The notes below the pieces were generated by a model, which ran no database searches, had not been told where the DNA came from, and saw nothing but the letters and a program-made list of their open reading frames with translations. A DNA stretch of 64,000 nucleotides from Candidatus Micrarchaeota archaeon. Lineage in GTDB: Archaea > Micrarchaeota > Micrarchaeia > Anstonellales > Bilamarchaeaceae. The stretch is from assembly GCA_043821365.1 (NCBI GenBank), contig JBDRCX010000006.1:32001-96000 (forward strand). The letters run 5' to 3'. Of the stretch, positions 37,381-46,940 are shown piece after piece (position 1 is the stretch's first letter; each line of letters starts with the position of its first letter). The position numbers were made by a program, and so were the translations under genes.

Positions 37381-38901
37381 TTATGGTGGGCAGACAGTAG
37401 GTGGCATGTTTTTTCGGCCTTCACAGAAGTCATTGAATTCTGGTTCATATACTTTCTCCCCTTCACCAACATAGCGATACCACTTTCTAACTTCATGGTC
37501 ATAGTACCACCAAATGACCTCTCCGTCAATTACATTTAATCTGTTATGCTCAAACGCATAACGAATATCATTTGCCAGTCGTCTTCCAGTCATGTCATTC
37601 ATTGATTCGGCTTCTTTAATTTCAGCATAAAAACCAAGCTCACGAACAGAAAAATCCTGGAACCCATAAATAAATGGTCCTGCCAGAGGACTTTCGCAAT
37701 TTTTACCTGGAATTCTTCTACAGATAGCTGTTGCTTCTTCTTTATCAAGCCAATAATTTCTATCAGCGTCTGCATAAACAAGCACTCGTGCTTCCAATAA
37801 TTTTCTATTAAGATCAGTAATCTTGTTTCGTTCTGTCATGTATGCCCATACCACCAAACTCACAACTGCAGCTGTGGCTAGAATAATACTAGCATACTTA
37901 AATGCTGACCTTAGTCGTTGAATCCAATGTTTTTCAACAGCTTTTTTATCATATACCCCTTCGCCAGTATTGACAATAACGATAGTATCTTTTGCACCTA
38001 AACCATATCCTCTAGAATATTGCATTGCTCCTGCAAATGCAATAGCAGCAGATGGTTCAGAATGTATTCCAATTTCCTGTAATCTTCTGTACATTCTGAG
38101 TATATCTCTATCTTTTACAGTTATAAGTTCAAGTTTGTTAGCACTTTGAAGATCACGCACTAATTCAGAATACGGAGAACATGGAGTCACAATTTTATCA
38201 GCTATGCTTCGATCACGTTTTTTTGAAAAACGTTTACCAGAAATATGAGCATTAGTAGGAATTGATACTCCTATAATTTTAGGTGCATCTTCTCCCCAAA
38301 GATTTGATGCCTCAACTACCAGCTCAATTGCAAGTTCTGCACTACCAACAGGACAAACAATATGTGATGGTGGACTAGGAATACCACGAGCTGCAAGGTC
38401 TCTCTGAATCTCTTGGATTATTGTCCTATAACCAGTATCAAGTTGATAACTTTCAACCATACGAACTTCTTCATCAGTACAATCAGTGAGTCTCTTTGCA
38501 ATTGACCGCATTTCATCTTGAGTAAGTTCATGATTGGTGAGATCCATTTCGTGGACAAATGAGCATTCTTTTAATCTATCTTTAATGACTTTTGGAAGAT
38601 CTTTTGAAACTATATTCACAACTTTAACTCGGAAACTTTTCCAATCTCTCCCTTCTGATTCAGCAAGAGTTTTTGTTAACTGACCCATACTAAGACCAGA
38701 GTTCCCACATGTAATATGTATAAGAACTGCTTTCTCATCTGGTTTGACAGTTGCTAGTAATGCCTCACATCGCCTGTCCTTGTGGGTGCCAGAAATTTCA
38801 TTAACACTTTCATCCTTTATGAAAGCTCTAGCACCGCGACACATGCCTGAAACCTGATGGTATTCACGTAATGGCGTATGCCCTATTCTGAGTAGTCTCA
38901 T
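37381..38901 (-). CDS. PLP-dependent fold-type II (threonine/cysteine synthase-like) domain fused to a TM helix and an EF-hand-like C-terminal domain
   Basis: SGTHKDR (PLP Lys), TCGNSG, CPVGSA, EPSAAIAFAG, NTGEG; TM segment YASIILATAAVVSLVVWAY; DADRNYWLDKEE. Confidence 0.78.
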   Translation of the reverse strand: MRLLRIGHTPLREYHQVSGMCRGARAFIKDESVNEISGTHKDRRCEALLATVKPDEKAVLIHITCGNSGLSMGQLTKTLAESEGRDWKSFRVKVVNIVSKDLPKVIKDRLKECSFVHEMDLTNHELTQDEMRSIAKRLTDCTDEEVRMVESYQLDTGYRTIIQEIQRDLAARGIPSPPSHIVCPVGSAELAIELVVEASNLWGEDAPKIIGVSIPTNAHISGKRFSKKRDRSIADKIVTPCSPYSELVRDLQSANKLELITVKDRDILRMYRRLQEIGIHSEPSAAIAFAGAMQYSRGYGLGAKDTIVIVNTGEGVYDKKAVEKHWIQRLRSAFKYASIILATAAVVSLVVWAYMTERNKITDLNRKLLEARVLVYADADRNYWLDKEEATAICRRIPGKNCESPLAGPFIYGFQDFSVRELGFYAEIKEAESMNDMTGRRLANDIRYAFEHNRLNVIDGEVIWWYYDHEVRKWYRYVGEGEKVYEPEFNDFCEGRKNMPPTVCPP

Positions 38902-38958
38902 ATCTCTCCATAATAGTTGTGGTTGTTAGTGTTTTTAAATGTGGTGTTTGATGAGTAT

Positions 38959-38980
38959 TGTCGTATTACTTTGTTCAACA
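38959..38980. promoter_or_regulatory. Candidate operator TGTCGT-N10-TCAACA
   Basis: Imperfect copy of the palindrome at 41328; upstream of the first Cys-rich pair. Confidence 0.4.
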
Positions 38981-39013
38981 GAAGAATAAGAACAAAAAAT
39001 GGGAAATTAAAAC

Positions 39014-39751
39014 ATGGAAATAAATCGTGCATTCAGATCAACAACAAAAATTTTACTTGGACAAGAACTTGGACCAGTGGAAGAATACCATGGATTTCTT
39101 AGTAGATATATTGATCTTCCAGTAGAGACAAAATCAATTCTATCAGGAAAGCCAGTTTATCTTGCAGCAGAAACAAAAAAGAAAATTATATCAAACGAAG
39201 AAATGAGTAAGTTGTCTTTGCCTTCGGTAAGTATCAATGAAATAAAAGATATTGATTCCCTTTTTCATGCAGTTCAAGAAAATTTTCATCATGCAGGAAA
39301 TAAGATTGGGGGTCAGTTCAAAGAAATTAATCGATCAGATGAATGTTATGATGTTTATTTCATTAACAATTGCCTCAATGTTTACGAAACTCAATATGCT
39401 TCAAATTGTCAAATGATGAAGGATACTAAATATGTTTTTGGTTGTGCCTGGGGGGTGGAAAATACTTTTGGGATTAATACGAATGAATTCTACAAAGTTT
39501 CGAGAGTATTTGAATCAACGATGGTTCTTCATTCTAATGATGTCTACTACTCTTACAATTGTAGAAATTGCCATGATGTAATGTTTTGTATGAATCAAAG
39601 ATCAAAAAGAAATGCAATTGGGAATAATGAACTTTCAAAAGAAAAATATTTCGAATTGAAGAAAAAACTTCTTTCTGAAATTTGTGATCTGTTAATTAGG
39701 AAAAAAACTGCACCCGGCCATATGGATTTGTTTCAGGGGGTAAATGAATGA
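39014..39751 (+). CDS. Cys-rich repeat protein family, module A
   Basis: STTKILLGQELG..EY, SINEIKDIDS, C-terminal CxxCxxxMFC..I.N...KEKY. Confidence 0.85.
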   Translation: MEINRAFRSTTKILLGQELGPVEEYHGFLSRYIDLPVETKSILSGKPVYLAAETKKKIISNEEMSKLSLPSVSINEIKDIDSLFHAVQENFHHAGNKIGGQFKEINRSDECYDVYFINNCLNVYETQYASNCQMMKDTKYVFGCAWGVENTFGINTNEFYKVSRVFESTMVLHSNDVYYSYNCRNCHDVMFCMNQRSKRNAIGNNELSKEKYFELKKKLLSEICDLLIRKKTAPGHMDLFQGVNE

Positions 39752-40464
39752 ACATTCAGGAAAAATTTGATGGGACAGCATTAGTACTTTTTGGGACTGT
39801 ATTAGGTGAAATTGATGATTTTGAAAAAACTTTAAGCAAGAAACTACCAAGAACAGTTGGTGAGAAAGGACTAACTATACCACAATATGGCTCATTTAAA
39901 AAAATACCAAAAAACAAAGTTGTTCCAATAACTGAATTAGATAGAGTAGGACAACATAGGATAGAAATTGGACCTGGTGAAAATCTGGAAACCATCTCAG
40001 AAAAATGGTCGGAAAAAGCAATTTTTGTAGCAGATTTGAATGAAGGAATAAACAATGAGGTTATTGATTCTGCAATTTATTATAATCTGACAAATGCTTA
40101 CAAAATAATTGATTGTTTTAGTTCCAAACATATTGCATACTCTTTTTTCTCTGATAATTGCGATCATGCATTTGGAATAGAAAAATGCTTTGATTGTAGT
40201 TTTGTAATGAATGTAAGAGCATCCAGAAAAATAACAAGGGCATATGAAGTTGATTTTTCAGAGAACTGTAGTGACATAATGTTTTGCCATAATGTTGCAA
40301 ATGTTAAAGACTCATTATTTTGCCATAATGTAAAAAATCTGAGATATGCAGTGTTAAATAAAGTAGTTGGAAAGGAAGAGTATCTTAGAATAAAGAAAAT
40401 GGTAATTGAAGAAATAATAAAAAAATTAAAAACAAAAAATTCCTATTTTTTGGCATGTACTTGA
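39748..40464 (+). CDS. Cys-rich repeat protein family, module B (C-terminus altered by the 54-bp repeat)
   Basis: KFDGTALVLFG..IDDF, FCHNVKNLRYAVLNKVVGKEEYLRIKK. Confidence 0.85.
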   Translation: MNIQEKFDGTALVLFGTVLGEIDDFEKTLSKKLPRTVGEKGLTIPQYGSFKKIPKNKVVPITELDRVGQHRIEIGPGENLETISEKWSEKAIFVADLNEGINNEVIDSAIYYNLTNAYKIIDCFSSKHIAYSFFSDNCDHAFGIEKCFDCSFVMNVRASRKITRAYEVDFSENCSDIMFCHNVANVKDSLFCHNVKNLRYAVLNKVVGKEEYLRIKKMVIEEIIKKLKTKNSYFLACT

Positions 40465-40565
40465 ACGGCGTTCCGTTCAAGATAGTCAAAAAATTCCTAT
40501 TTTTTGGCATGTACTTGAACGGCGTTCCGTTCAAGATAGTCAAAAAATTCCTATTTTTTGGCATG
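40433..40565. repeat. 54-bp tandem repeat (2 full copies plus 25 bp) made of two hairpins
   Basis: Unit CAAAAAATTCCTATTTTTTGGCATG-TACTTGAACGGCGTTCCGTTCAAGATAGT starting at 40433, 40487 and 40541 (partial). Confidence 0.95.
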
Positions 40566-41294
40566 CTTCCATAAAAGCTCAAACTGTCTGCGGTAGGCTT
40601 CTGCAAGATCCTTTCCACGAATAATAATCCCGTGGAATGGTTCTGAAAATGTAATAAAAGCAACATTATCACCATAGATAAAAGTTGCTGTTGGACTGAA
40701 GAATTCAGATGATAAAAACCTGTATTCAGTGGTACCATAATCCTTTCCTGGAAGAAATCGATCACCTTCCCTAACAAGGACCCGTTCTTTGAGTTTGTGT
40801 TTTTTTAGAAGAAGGAAAATTTTGCTAAGGCCAATGGGATCTGCATCCATGAATTTTTTTTCATCTACACCCATAACAAGATCCTCACCACCGGTACGGA
40901 TAAGGGTTTCAATAACATCCATCATTATGGCTCGCACTGCTTTTTTACCGCTAAAAAGTTCAACCACTGAACGATCTTTCGAAGTGCCTGCTATTTTTGT
41001 AAGTTTTGGCATTATTTTTTTTACATTCTCATCAAATGAACTTGCCCAAGATAGAAATTCAGTTGGTGGAGCTGCATTGTAAAGTCTAACTTTATCTTTG
41101 ATAATAAAACTAACCAAACCTTTTTCAGAGAGTTTTTTCAAAGTGTCATAAACATATGGCCTATAGATACCAGAATATTGTGCAATTGTAGACACTGTTG
41201 CTTCGCCAATTCTCAGAAGAGTTAGATAGGCCAATGCTTCATTTTTTGTAAATCCAAGTTTGGTTAATGATTCTATTTCTTCTTCAAATGCCAT
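40551..41294 (-). CDS. TrmB-family transcriptional regulator
   Basis: LTKLGFTKNEALAYLTLL...RPYVYDTLKKLSEKGLV HTH; C-terminal effector-type domain. Confidence 0.9.
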   Translation of the reverse strand: MAFEEEIESLTKLGFTKNEALAYLTLLRIGEATVSTIAQYSGIYRPYVYDTLKKLSEKGLVSFIIKDKVRLYNAAPPTEFLSWASSFDENVKKIMPKLTKIAGTSKDRSVVELFSGKKAVRAIMMDVIETLIRTGGEDLVMGVDEKKFMDADPIGLSKIFLLLKKHKLKERVLVREGDRFLPGKDYGTTEYRFLSSEFFSPTATFIYGDNVAFITFSEPFHGIIIRGKDLAEAYRRQFELLWKHAKK

Positions 41295-41327
41295 AGTTAA
41301 TTTATGCAATATAGCTATTTTTATGTT

Positions 41328-41349
41328 TGTCGTTCTTACTAATACGACA
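41328..41349. promoter_or_regulatory. Palindromic operator candidate TGTCGT-N10-ACGACA
   Basis: Lies between the divergent TrmB-like and HTH-10-like genes. Confidence 0.5.
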
Positions 41350-41445
41350 GCCTCGTGATATAGGCGATGAATAGACGAATAAAGTGTCTATAAGTAAATA
41401 TATGTGGAGCGAATATTTAAATAATAAACAGAACATAATTAAAGT

Positions 41446-42102
41446 ATGAAATTTTGTGAAATGGGAGTTTATCATCATGATTGTTGGTTTACAGATGCAA
41501 TAGAAAAATTCCCAGAACTACAAGTCAAAGAAATATCTGCGCGAGTATGCAAATTAGAATCAGGGACAAAAATAAATACTGCGTGCTATCGTTTATTTTC
41601 ACCAAAAAAAGAATCACTAGATGGTTTTGTCAAGCAGATAGTTCCAAATGTATCTGGTGCTAAGCTTCTTTCTAGTGATGGTTCGGTTGCTTTATTGGAG
41701 GTATCATGGAGAGCACCAAAAACCTCCTACGATACTGTACTTGCAAGTGGATGTTCCACCACTTCATCCTGTTATGCAAAAGATGGATATGAAACATACT
41801 CATTATTCACTGAGGATCCTACGCAAATAAAGAAATTGTTTACAGATATGAATGAGATAGGCGAGGTAAAAATATTTGGCATAAAGAATGAACCAAAAAA
41901 TAATGATAATTACGGTCTAACTCCAAAACAAAGACAGGCACTGGCATCTGCAGTTTCCATGGGATATTACGAATGGCCAAAGAAGGTTAACTTAGAGGAA
42001 CTTGCATCCAGACTTGGAATCAAAAGACGTGCATTACAAGAGAATTTGAGAAAAGCGGAAGGTAGAGTGTTGCAGAAACTTTTGGATGAACTAACTAGTT
42101 AG
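41446..42102 (+). CDS. HTH-10 (bacterio-opsin activator-like) transcriptional regulator
   Basis: C-terminal LTPKQRQALASAVSMGYYEWPKKVNLEELASRLGI...ENLRKAE. Confidence 0.9.
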   Translation: MKFCEMGVYHHDCWFTDAIEKFPELQVKEISARVCKLESGTKINTACYRLFSPKKESLDGFVKQIVPNVSGAKLLSSDGSVALLEVSWRAPKTSYDTVLASGCSTTSSCYAKDGYETYSLFTEDPTQIKKLFTDMNEIGEVKIFGIKNEPKNNDNYGLTPKQRQALASAVSMGYYEWPKKVNLEELASRLGIKRRALQENLRKAEGRVLQKLLDELTS

Positions 42103-42866
42103 TTTTTTGCAATTATCCAAAGTGTATCAAAATATGCCCTAAAACTTTTTACTGCTTCTTCACTTTCAATCAGAAACCCTTTTGGCTCATTAGTAAAAAG
42201 TGCGATAAATGCTTTATTTTTATAGAAAACAATTTCCATATTCGTAATAAAATATTGCGGAAGAAAACGAATCTTAGATTTTTTCTGAGTAGTTGCCACC
42301 ATCTTTCCTTTGATATCAAAATTAGCAAGCATGTTCACTTTGATACCCTTTACTACCCTTCTCAGATGATGTTTATAGAAAAAATTTCTCCACATCGAGG
42401 TTATTTCATCTTTTGTTTCCTCGCCATAATAGGCTCCAATCACAAAATATTCATCATCCTTTTCCAACTCATCAACAAGATTCCTAAAGAAACTTGACAC
42501 CCCCTTAAAGCCTTCATAAAGAGTTGCGTTGGTTTTCTGCTCTGCTGCTTTTTTTTGCATTTCTAAATCAGGAAGCAGTTTCATCAGAAGTTCCCGATTT
42601 TGTTCCATACGCAAACGATTTTCATCAACATAATCCATGATTCGTTTAGGCTCCATTGCAGAGAAATGTTTTATTTTACCCTTGAGTACATGACCAACAA
42701 GACCTTTTTTTTCAAGTCGTCCCAGTATTTTGTAAACCTTGGATGATGAAACAGATGCAAGGGACGCGAGCTCTCCTGTTTTTGAACTGCCAAGTTTGAG
42801 AAGTGCAAGATAGACTTTTACCTCTCCTTTGCTCAATCCAATTTCTTCCAATAACTTCAAATCCAT
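42099..42866 (-). CDS. TrmB-family transcriptional regulator
   Basis: LEEIGLSKGEVKVYLALLKLG...VYKILGRLEKKGLV. Confidence 0.9.
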   Translation of the reverse strand: MDLKLLEEIGLSKGEVKVYLALLKLGSSKTGELASLASVSSSKVYKILGRLEKKGLVGHVLKGKIKHFSAMEPKRIMDYVDENRLRMEQNRELLMKLLPDLEMQKKAAEQKTNATLYEGFKGVSSFFRNLVDELEKDDEYFVIGAYYGEETKDEITSMWRNFFYKHHLRRVVKGIKVNMLANFDIKGKMVATTQKKSKIRFLPQYFITNMEIVFYKNKAFIALFTNEPKGFLIESEEAVKSFRAYFDTLWIIAKN

Positions 42867-42901
42867 GAATATTATTGATATTTACAATTTATTAATTTTA
42901 G

Positions 42902-42940
42902 CAACTACGACCCCTCCAGGGGAAGATAGAATTAAAATAC
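42902..42940 (+). promoter_or_regulatory. Conserved upstream motif CAACTACGACCCC..AGGGG plus BRE/TATA-like segment (copy 1)
   Basis: Near-identical to 47077-47115; precedes a fused A-B gene. Confidence 0.65.
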
Positions 42941-42960
42941 ACGCATTGGGCAGTTAGCCC

Positions 42961-44529
42961 ATGGATTTAGATATTTATAATCATTTAAACAAACAATGGA
43001 AATCAACATACAAAATTCTTCTTGGCCAAGAAGCAGATGAACTAATTGAGCATAAAGATTGGCTCTGTAGAGGTAATGGTCCAAGATTACTAAAAAAATC
43101 TTCTATTTCTGGAAAAGAAATTGTATATTCAAGTGATAAATACTCTGATAATTCAAAATGGATAGGACATGATGAAGTGGGGGGGAAATTCGAACCATTG
43201 AATATGAATGAGATCAAAGATATTGATTCTATAATAGAGGCAGTAAGAGAAAGAATAACCTATTCTGGTAGTGTTGTTCTTGGAAACTCGAAATTTGTCA
43301 AAGGTAGTACAACCATTAGTGATTGTTTTTACATTTTGGATTCAGAAAGAGTTGCATTTTCTAAAAATGTTGCGTACTCAACCAGAGGAGGGTACAGTGA
43401 GAACATATTCGGGTGTTATGGTTTCGGGCCAGTAACATTTGCAATAAAATCATATGGGATAACTGAATCAACCAGGATTTTTTTGACTTCAAAAGCAGAT
43501 TTCTCTTCGGATATTTATTATTCGCATGGGATCTCAAACTGTATGGAATGTATTTTTTCATTCAATATAAGAAGCAAAAGATATGCAATTGGAAATTTAG
43601 TTCTTCCAAAAGAAAAATATGCTTTGCTTAAAAAGAAACTTCTTGCTGAGATTGCAGAAAAATTGAAAAAAGAAAAAACACTACCATCAATTGCTGAATT
43701 GATAAAGCATGAGGGAAATCCGATAGAATTGATAGATTTAGTTGGAACCACATCGAAAACTGAAAAGGAAGACAAACAAAGAATCGAAAAAGCATTTAAA
43801 CAAACAACAGAGGTTTTGATTGGTAAACCATTGAATGGCATAGATAAATATGCAACATGGATGAAACGTGAATCAAGTGTTTTATTGAAACCGGCAAACT
43901 CATGTATATCAGGAGAACCAATCACACTACCAGATTATGCAGGATTCATTGATTACCCGGATCAACGACTATTAACCCAAGAAGAAGCATACCGAGCAGG
44001 TGAAAAACTTGCCATTATAGAGGGAGAGGCACATAAATTATCAATTGAAAACGCTTCTGTTATTCTTAGTAAAATAGCCTATTTCTGTCCGTTTTGGTTT
44101 GCAGGAAAACTTGAGAATAATATTGATTCACCATTGAACATTGATTCTAGAGATTGCTATAGTGGAATCTTATACATACGATCAAAATTATGTGCATTTT
44201 CTTTTAGCCCACGAAGTTGCGAATACTGTTTTGGTTCAAGAGAAGGAAGGCATGTTTCATTTTCCATAAATTCACATTTTTCTATGCGTGTAACCCGTTG
44301 TTTCGAAGTGGACCATTGCTCGGATTGCTCAGATTGCTATTTTTGCCACAATTGCGAAAACGTTCAAGATTCAATGTTTTGTTTTAATGTAAAGAATTTG
44401 AGAAATGCAATTGGAAATACTCCAGTTGATCGCGGATTATATCAACAAACAAAGACCAATTTGAGAGAGTGGTTAGCAGAAAAACTTGAACAGAAAAATA
44501 AGGTGGACTCAACTATTTTTTCACTCTAA
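42961..44529 (+). CDS. Cys-rich repeat protein family, fused A-B
   Basis: A: WKSTYKILLGQE, FEPLNMNEIKDIDS; B: IEKAFKQTTEVLIGKPLNGIDKY; C-terminal CHNCENVQDSMFCFNVKN. Confidence 0.88.
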   Translation: MDLDIYNHLNKQWKSTYKILLGQEADELIEHKDWLCRGNGPRLLKKSSISGKEIVYSSDKYSDNSKWIGHDEVGGKFEPLNMNEIKDIDSIIEAVRERITYSGSVVLGNSKFVKGSTTISDCFYILDSERVAFSKNVAYSTRGGYSENIFGCYGFGPVTFAIKSYGITESTRIFLTSKADFSSDIYYSHGISNCMECIFSFNIRSKRYAIGNLVLPKEKYALLKKKLLAEIAEKLKKEKTLPSIAELIKHEGNPIELIDLVGTTSKTEKEDKQRIEKAFKQTTEVLIGKPLNGIDKYATWMKRESSVLLKPANSCISGEPITLPDYAGFIDYPDQRLLTQEEAYRAGEKLAIIEGEAHKLSIENASVILSKIAYFCPFWFAGKLENNIDSPLNIDSRDCYSGILYIRSKLCAFSFSPRSCEYCFGSREGRHVSFSINSHFSMRVTRCFEVDHCSDCSDCYFCHNCENVQDSMFCFNVKNLRNAIGNTPVDRGLYQQTKTNLREWLAEKLEQKNKVDSTIFSL

Positions 44530-44578
44530 TGACAAATGTCAGTTCATCCTTATATCAGATAAATTTTCAGTAGATTGC

Positions 44579-46222
44579 ATGGAAGGTAGCTACAATGAAC
44601 TCAACAAAGAATGGAAAATAACATCACGACTCGTATTTGGAGGAGAAATAGGGGAACTCCAAGATTATAGAGACTGGCTCATTGAATTGAATAATCCTAG
44701 ATTTACAAAAAACTCCTCAATTTCTGGTAAGGAAACTATTTTCTCAAGTAGTGAATATGATGACCAGTCCAGATTTCTGGCTCTTGACGAAATTCCAGCA
44801 ACACAATATTTTGAACCATTGAAAAATCATCAGATTTTTCAAAATTTGAACGGTAAACCGTTCAATCCTTTGAATATCAATGAGATCAAAGATATTGATT
44901 CCATAGTAGAAGCGATCCAAGAAAGAATCTATTATTGTGGGAATATAGTTTTAGGTAATTCGAAGTTTGTTGAGAAAAGTTCAAACATAACAAACAGTTT
45001 CTATGTTTATGATTCTGTAAAAATTAGTGATTGTAAAAATATAGCATACTCACAGTATCTTCGCCTATGTGAAAATGTATTCGGAACAAATGAGGGTGGA
45101 GAATCAAAATATTGCATACGGTGTTGTATACTTTTCAAAAATGCAAGAAGTTTTGAGTTGTGGAAAAGTACTTGTTGCACAGATTGTTATTATTCATTTG
45201 GATTGAATGGGTGTAATGATGTTATTTTCTCATTTAACATCCAGGGAAAGTCCAACGTAATAGGAAATCTTTCGCTTCCAAAAGACAAATACCGTGAGAT
45301 AAAGAAAAAACTACTTGATGAAATGAGAGACGAACTTGTTAAGACTAAAAAACTACCATCACTCGTAGAGCTGACTATAAAAGAACCGGAAATCCCTGAT
45401 GGCTATGGTTTGTGTGGACAGGATAAGGAAAAAAGCAGAAGTACAGTTGATAGTGCATTTAGCAAAACTTCTGAACTTTTGTTTGGTCAACAACTTCAAG
45501 GAAAGATGGAGGATTACGATGAATGGTTACGCTCACATATAATTGTCCCATATTCTGTGAAATCAGTACTAAGCAAAAAAACAGTCCAACTTTCTCAATG
45601 GCCTGGTTTGGCTCAGTTGCCAAAAAACAGGATAGTAACTTTGAATGAGGCTAGAGAACTAGCCAAACTTATGATAACAAATGAGCAAGCAGAAAGAATA
45701 TCACTAACAAATGCATCAGATTACTTAACAAAAATAGCATATTTCCCACCTGAAGAGATGACAGGAGAAAATACAAACTTAATTGAATGTCAATGGGGAT
45801 CATCAGCAGCAAATTGCTATCGATCTGTGATATGTGTATATAGTAAAAACTGCGGTTATTGTTCCTGGCCACGAAGTTCGGAAAATTGTTTTGGCTGTGG
45901 AATTGTTTTTGACTCTAATTTTTCGATGAAATGCTATGATTCAATTAAACTTTCCAGATGTTTTGAAGTAGATGCATCATCATCCTGTACTGACACGTAC
46001 TTTGCACATAACTGTGAAAATGTACGAGACTCGATGTTTTGCTTCAATGTAAAGAATTTGAAAAATGCAATTGGAAATTGTCAACTCCAAACTGATCAGT
46101 ATAAGAGTATAAAATCATCATTACAAGTGCAACTCCATAATGGATTAGAATTAAAAAAATGTCTTGGTCTAAGTATTTTTAGTCTTAATAGAAATAAGCC
46201 ACTTAAAGCATATCCCACATAA
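44579..46222 (+). CDS. Cys-rich repeat protein family, fused A-B (carries a 17-aa in-frame hairpin insertion)
   Basis: Both modules present; start at ATG 44579. Confidence 0.88.
   Translation: MEGSYNELNKEWKITSRLVFGGEIGELQDYRDWLIELNNPRFTKNSSISGKETIFSSSEYDDQSRFLALDEIPATQYFEPLKNHQIFQNLNGKPFNPLNINEIKDIDSIVEAIQERIYYCGNIVLGNSKFVEKSSNITNSFYVYDSVKISDCKNIAYSQYLRLCENVFGTNEGGESKYCIRCCILFKNARSFELWKSTCCTDCYYSFGLNGCNDVIFSFNIQGKSNVIGNLSLPKDKYREIKKKLLDEMRDELVKTKKLPSLVELTIKEPEIPDGYGLCGQDKEKSRSTVDSAFSKTSELLFGQQLQGKMEDYDEWLRSHIIVPYSVKSVLSKKTVQLSQWPGLAQLPKNRIVTLNEARELAKLMITNEQAERISLTNASDYLTKIAYFPPEEMTGENTNLIECQWGSSAANCYRSVICVYSKNCGYCSWPRSSENCFGCGIVFDSNFSMKCYDSIKLSRCFEVDASSSCTDTYFAHNCENVRDSMFCFNVKNLKNAIGNCQLQTDQYKSIKSSLQVQLHNGLELKKCLGLSIFSLNRNKPLKAYPT
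44819..44874. mobile_element. 51-bp in-frame double-hairpin insertion flanked by TTGAA direct repeats
   Basis: TTGAAAAAT-CATCAG-ATTTTTCAA (44819-44842) plus TTGAACGG-TAAA-CCGTTCAA (44846-44865); absent from paralogs (FEPLNINEIKD). Confidence 0.75.
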
Positions 46223-46940
46223 ACCAAAAGAATTTTCTATAACCATCTGCCAATTGCCTACTCTTCACTACGAATTGGATTGGGTTGTCACCCAACTTCC
46301 CAACTTCAACCCCAGTAAAACTAACCACATAATCTCCAAAAATATCGATTGCAGTTGGACTTGAATATTTTTTTGGTAGGAACTTATATGGTTTCCCAAC
46401 AAATTTTAGTATCTCTGGTTTATTTTCCTTAACCTCATGATCAAATAAATGCATGAATTTTATACCGCGTTTTTTTCTTTCACTATCAAACTTTGGAAGG
46501 AAATATTGCAATCTAGGATCAAGCCAAAATGCTTTTGCACCTATGAAATAGACTGTTTCTTCTTGCTCAAGTATGTCGTTGAGGTAGTTTTTGAATCCTT
46601 CCATACCTCTATAAAAATAAGCTTCTTCATTTTCTCTAACTTTCCGATATTCTTTCTGAAGCGAAGGAAGGATAGCACCCAATTCATTTTGTCTTTCTAC
46701 AAGTATGTCTGCAAGCCTGTTTGGGTCCCTTGGGATATAATGCTTTTTTCCGGATACTACCAACTCTGATATCAGGCCTTTATCGAGTAATTTTGCGATA
46801 GAATCGTAAATGTTTCTTCTATGAACACCAGAACGTACTGCTATCTTTTCTATTGGTGCCTGGCCCATTCTGATTAATGCTTCGTAAACCTTAACCTCAT
46901 TGATTGTAAGGCCTATTTTTGCAAGTGTATCCTCGTACAT
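46203..46940 (-). CDS. TrmB-family transcriptional regulator
   Basis: LAKIGLTINEVKVYEALI...HRRNIYDSIAKLLDKGLI; YSSPTAIDIFGD. Confidence 0.9.
   Translation of the reverse strand: MYEDTLAKIGLTINEVKVYEALIRMGQAPIEKIAVRSGVHRRNIYDSIAKLLDKGLISELVVSGKKHYIPRDPNRLADILVERQNELGAILPSLQKEYRKVRENEEAYFYRGMEGFKNYLNDILEQEETVYFIGAKAFWLDPRLQYFLPKFDSERKKRGIKFMHLFDHEVKENKPEILKFVGKPYKFLPKKYSSPTAIDIFGDYVVSFTGVEVGKLGDNPIQFVVKSRQLADGYRKFFWFMWDML

Noticed and set aside
40433-40565. Repeat-spacer-repeat pattern (25-bp repeats, 29-bp spacers) resembling a mini CRISPR array
   Set aside because: The two spacers are identical, the repeat is the 3' end of a coding gene, and no cas genes are present; it is a tandem duplication
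40385-40777. 130-aa minus-strand ORF with a repeated peptide (MPKNRNFLTILNGTPFKY)
   Set aside because: Shadow translation of the 54-bp tandem repeat, overlapping the TrmB-like gene in another frame
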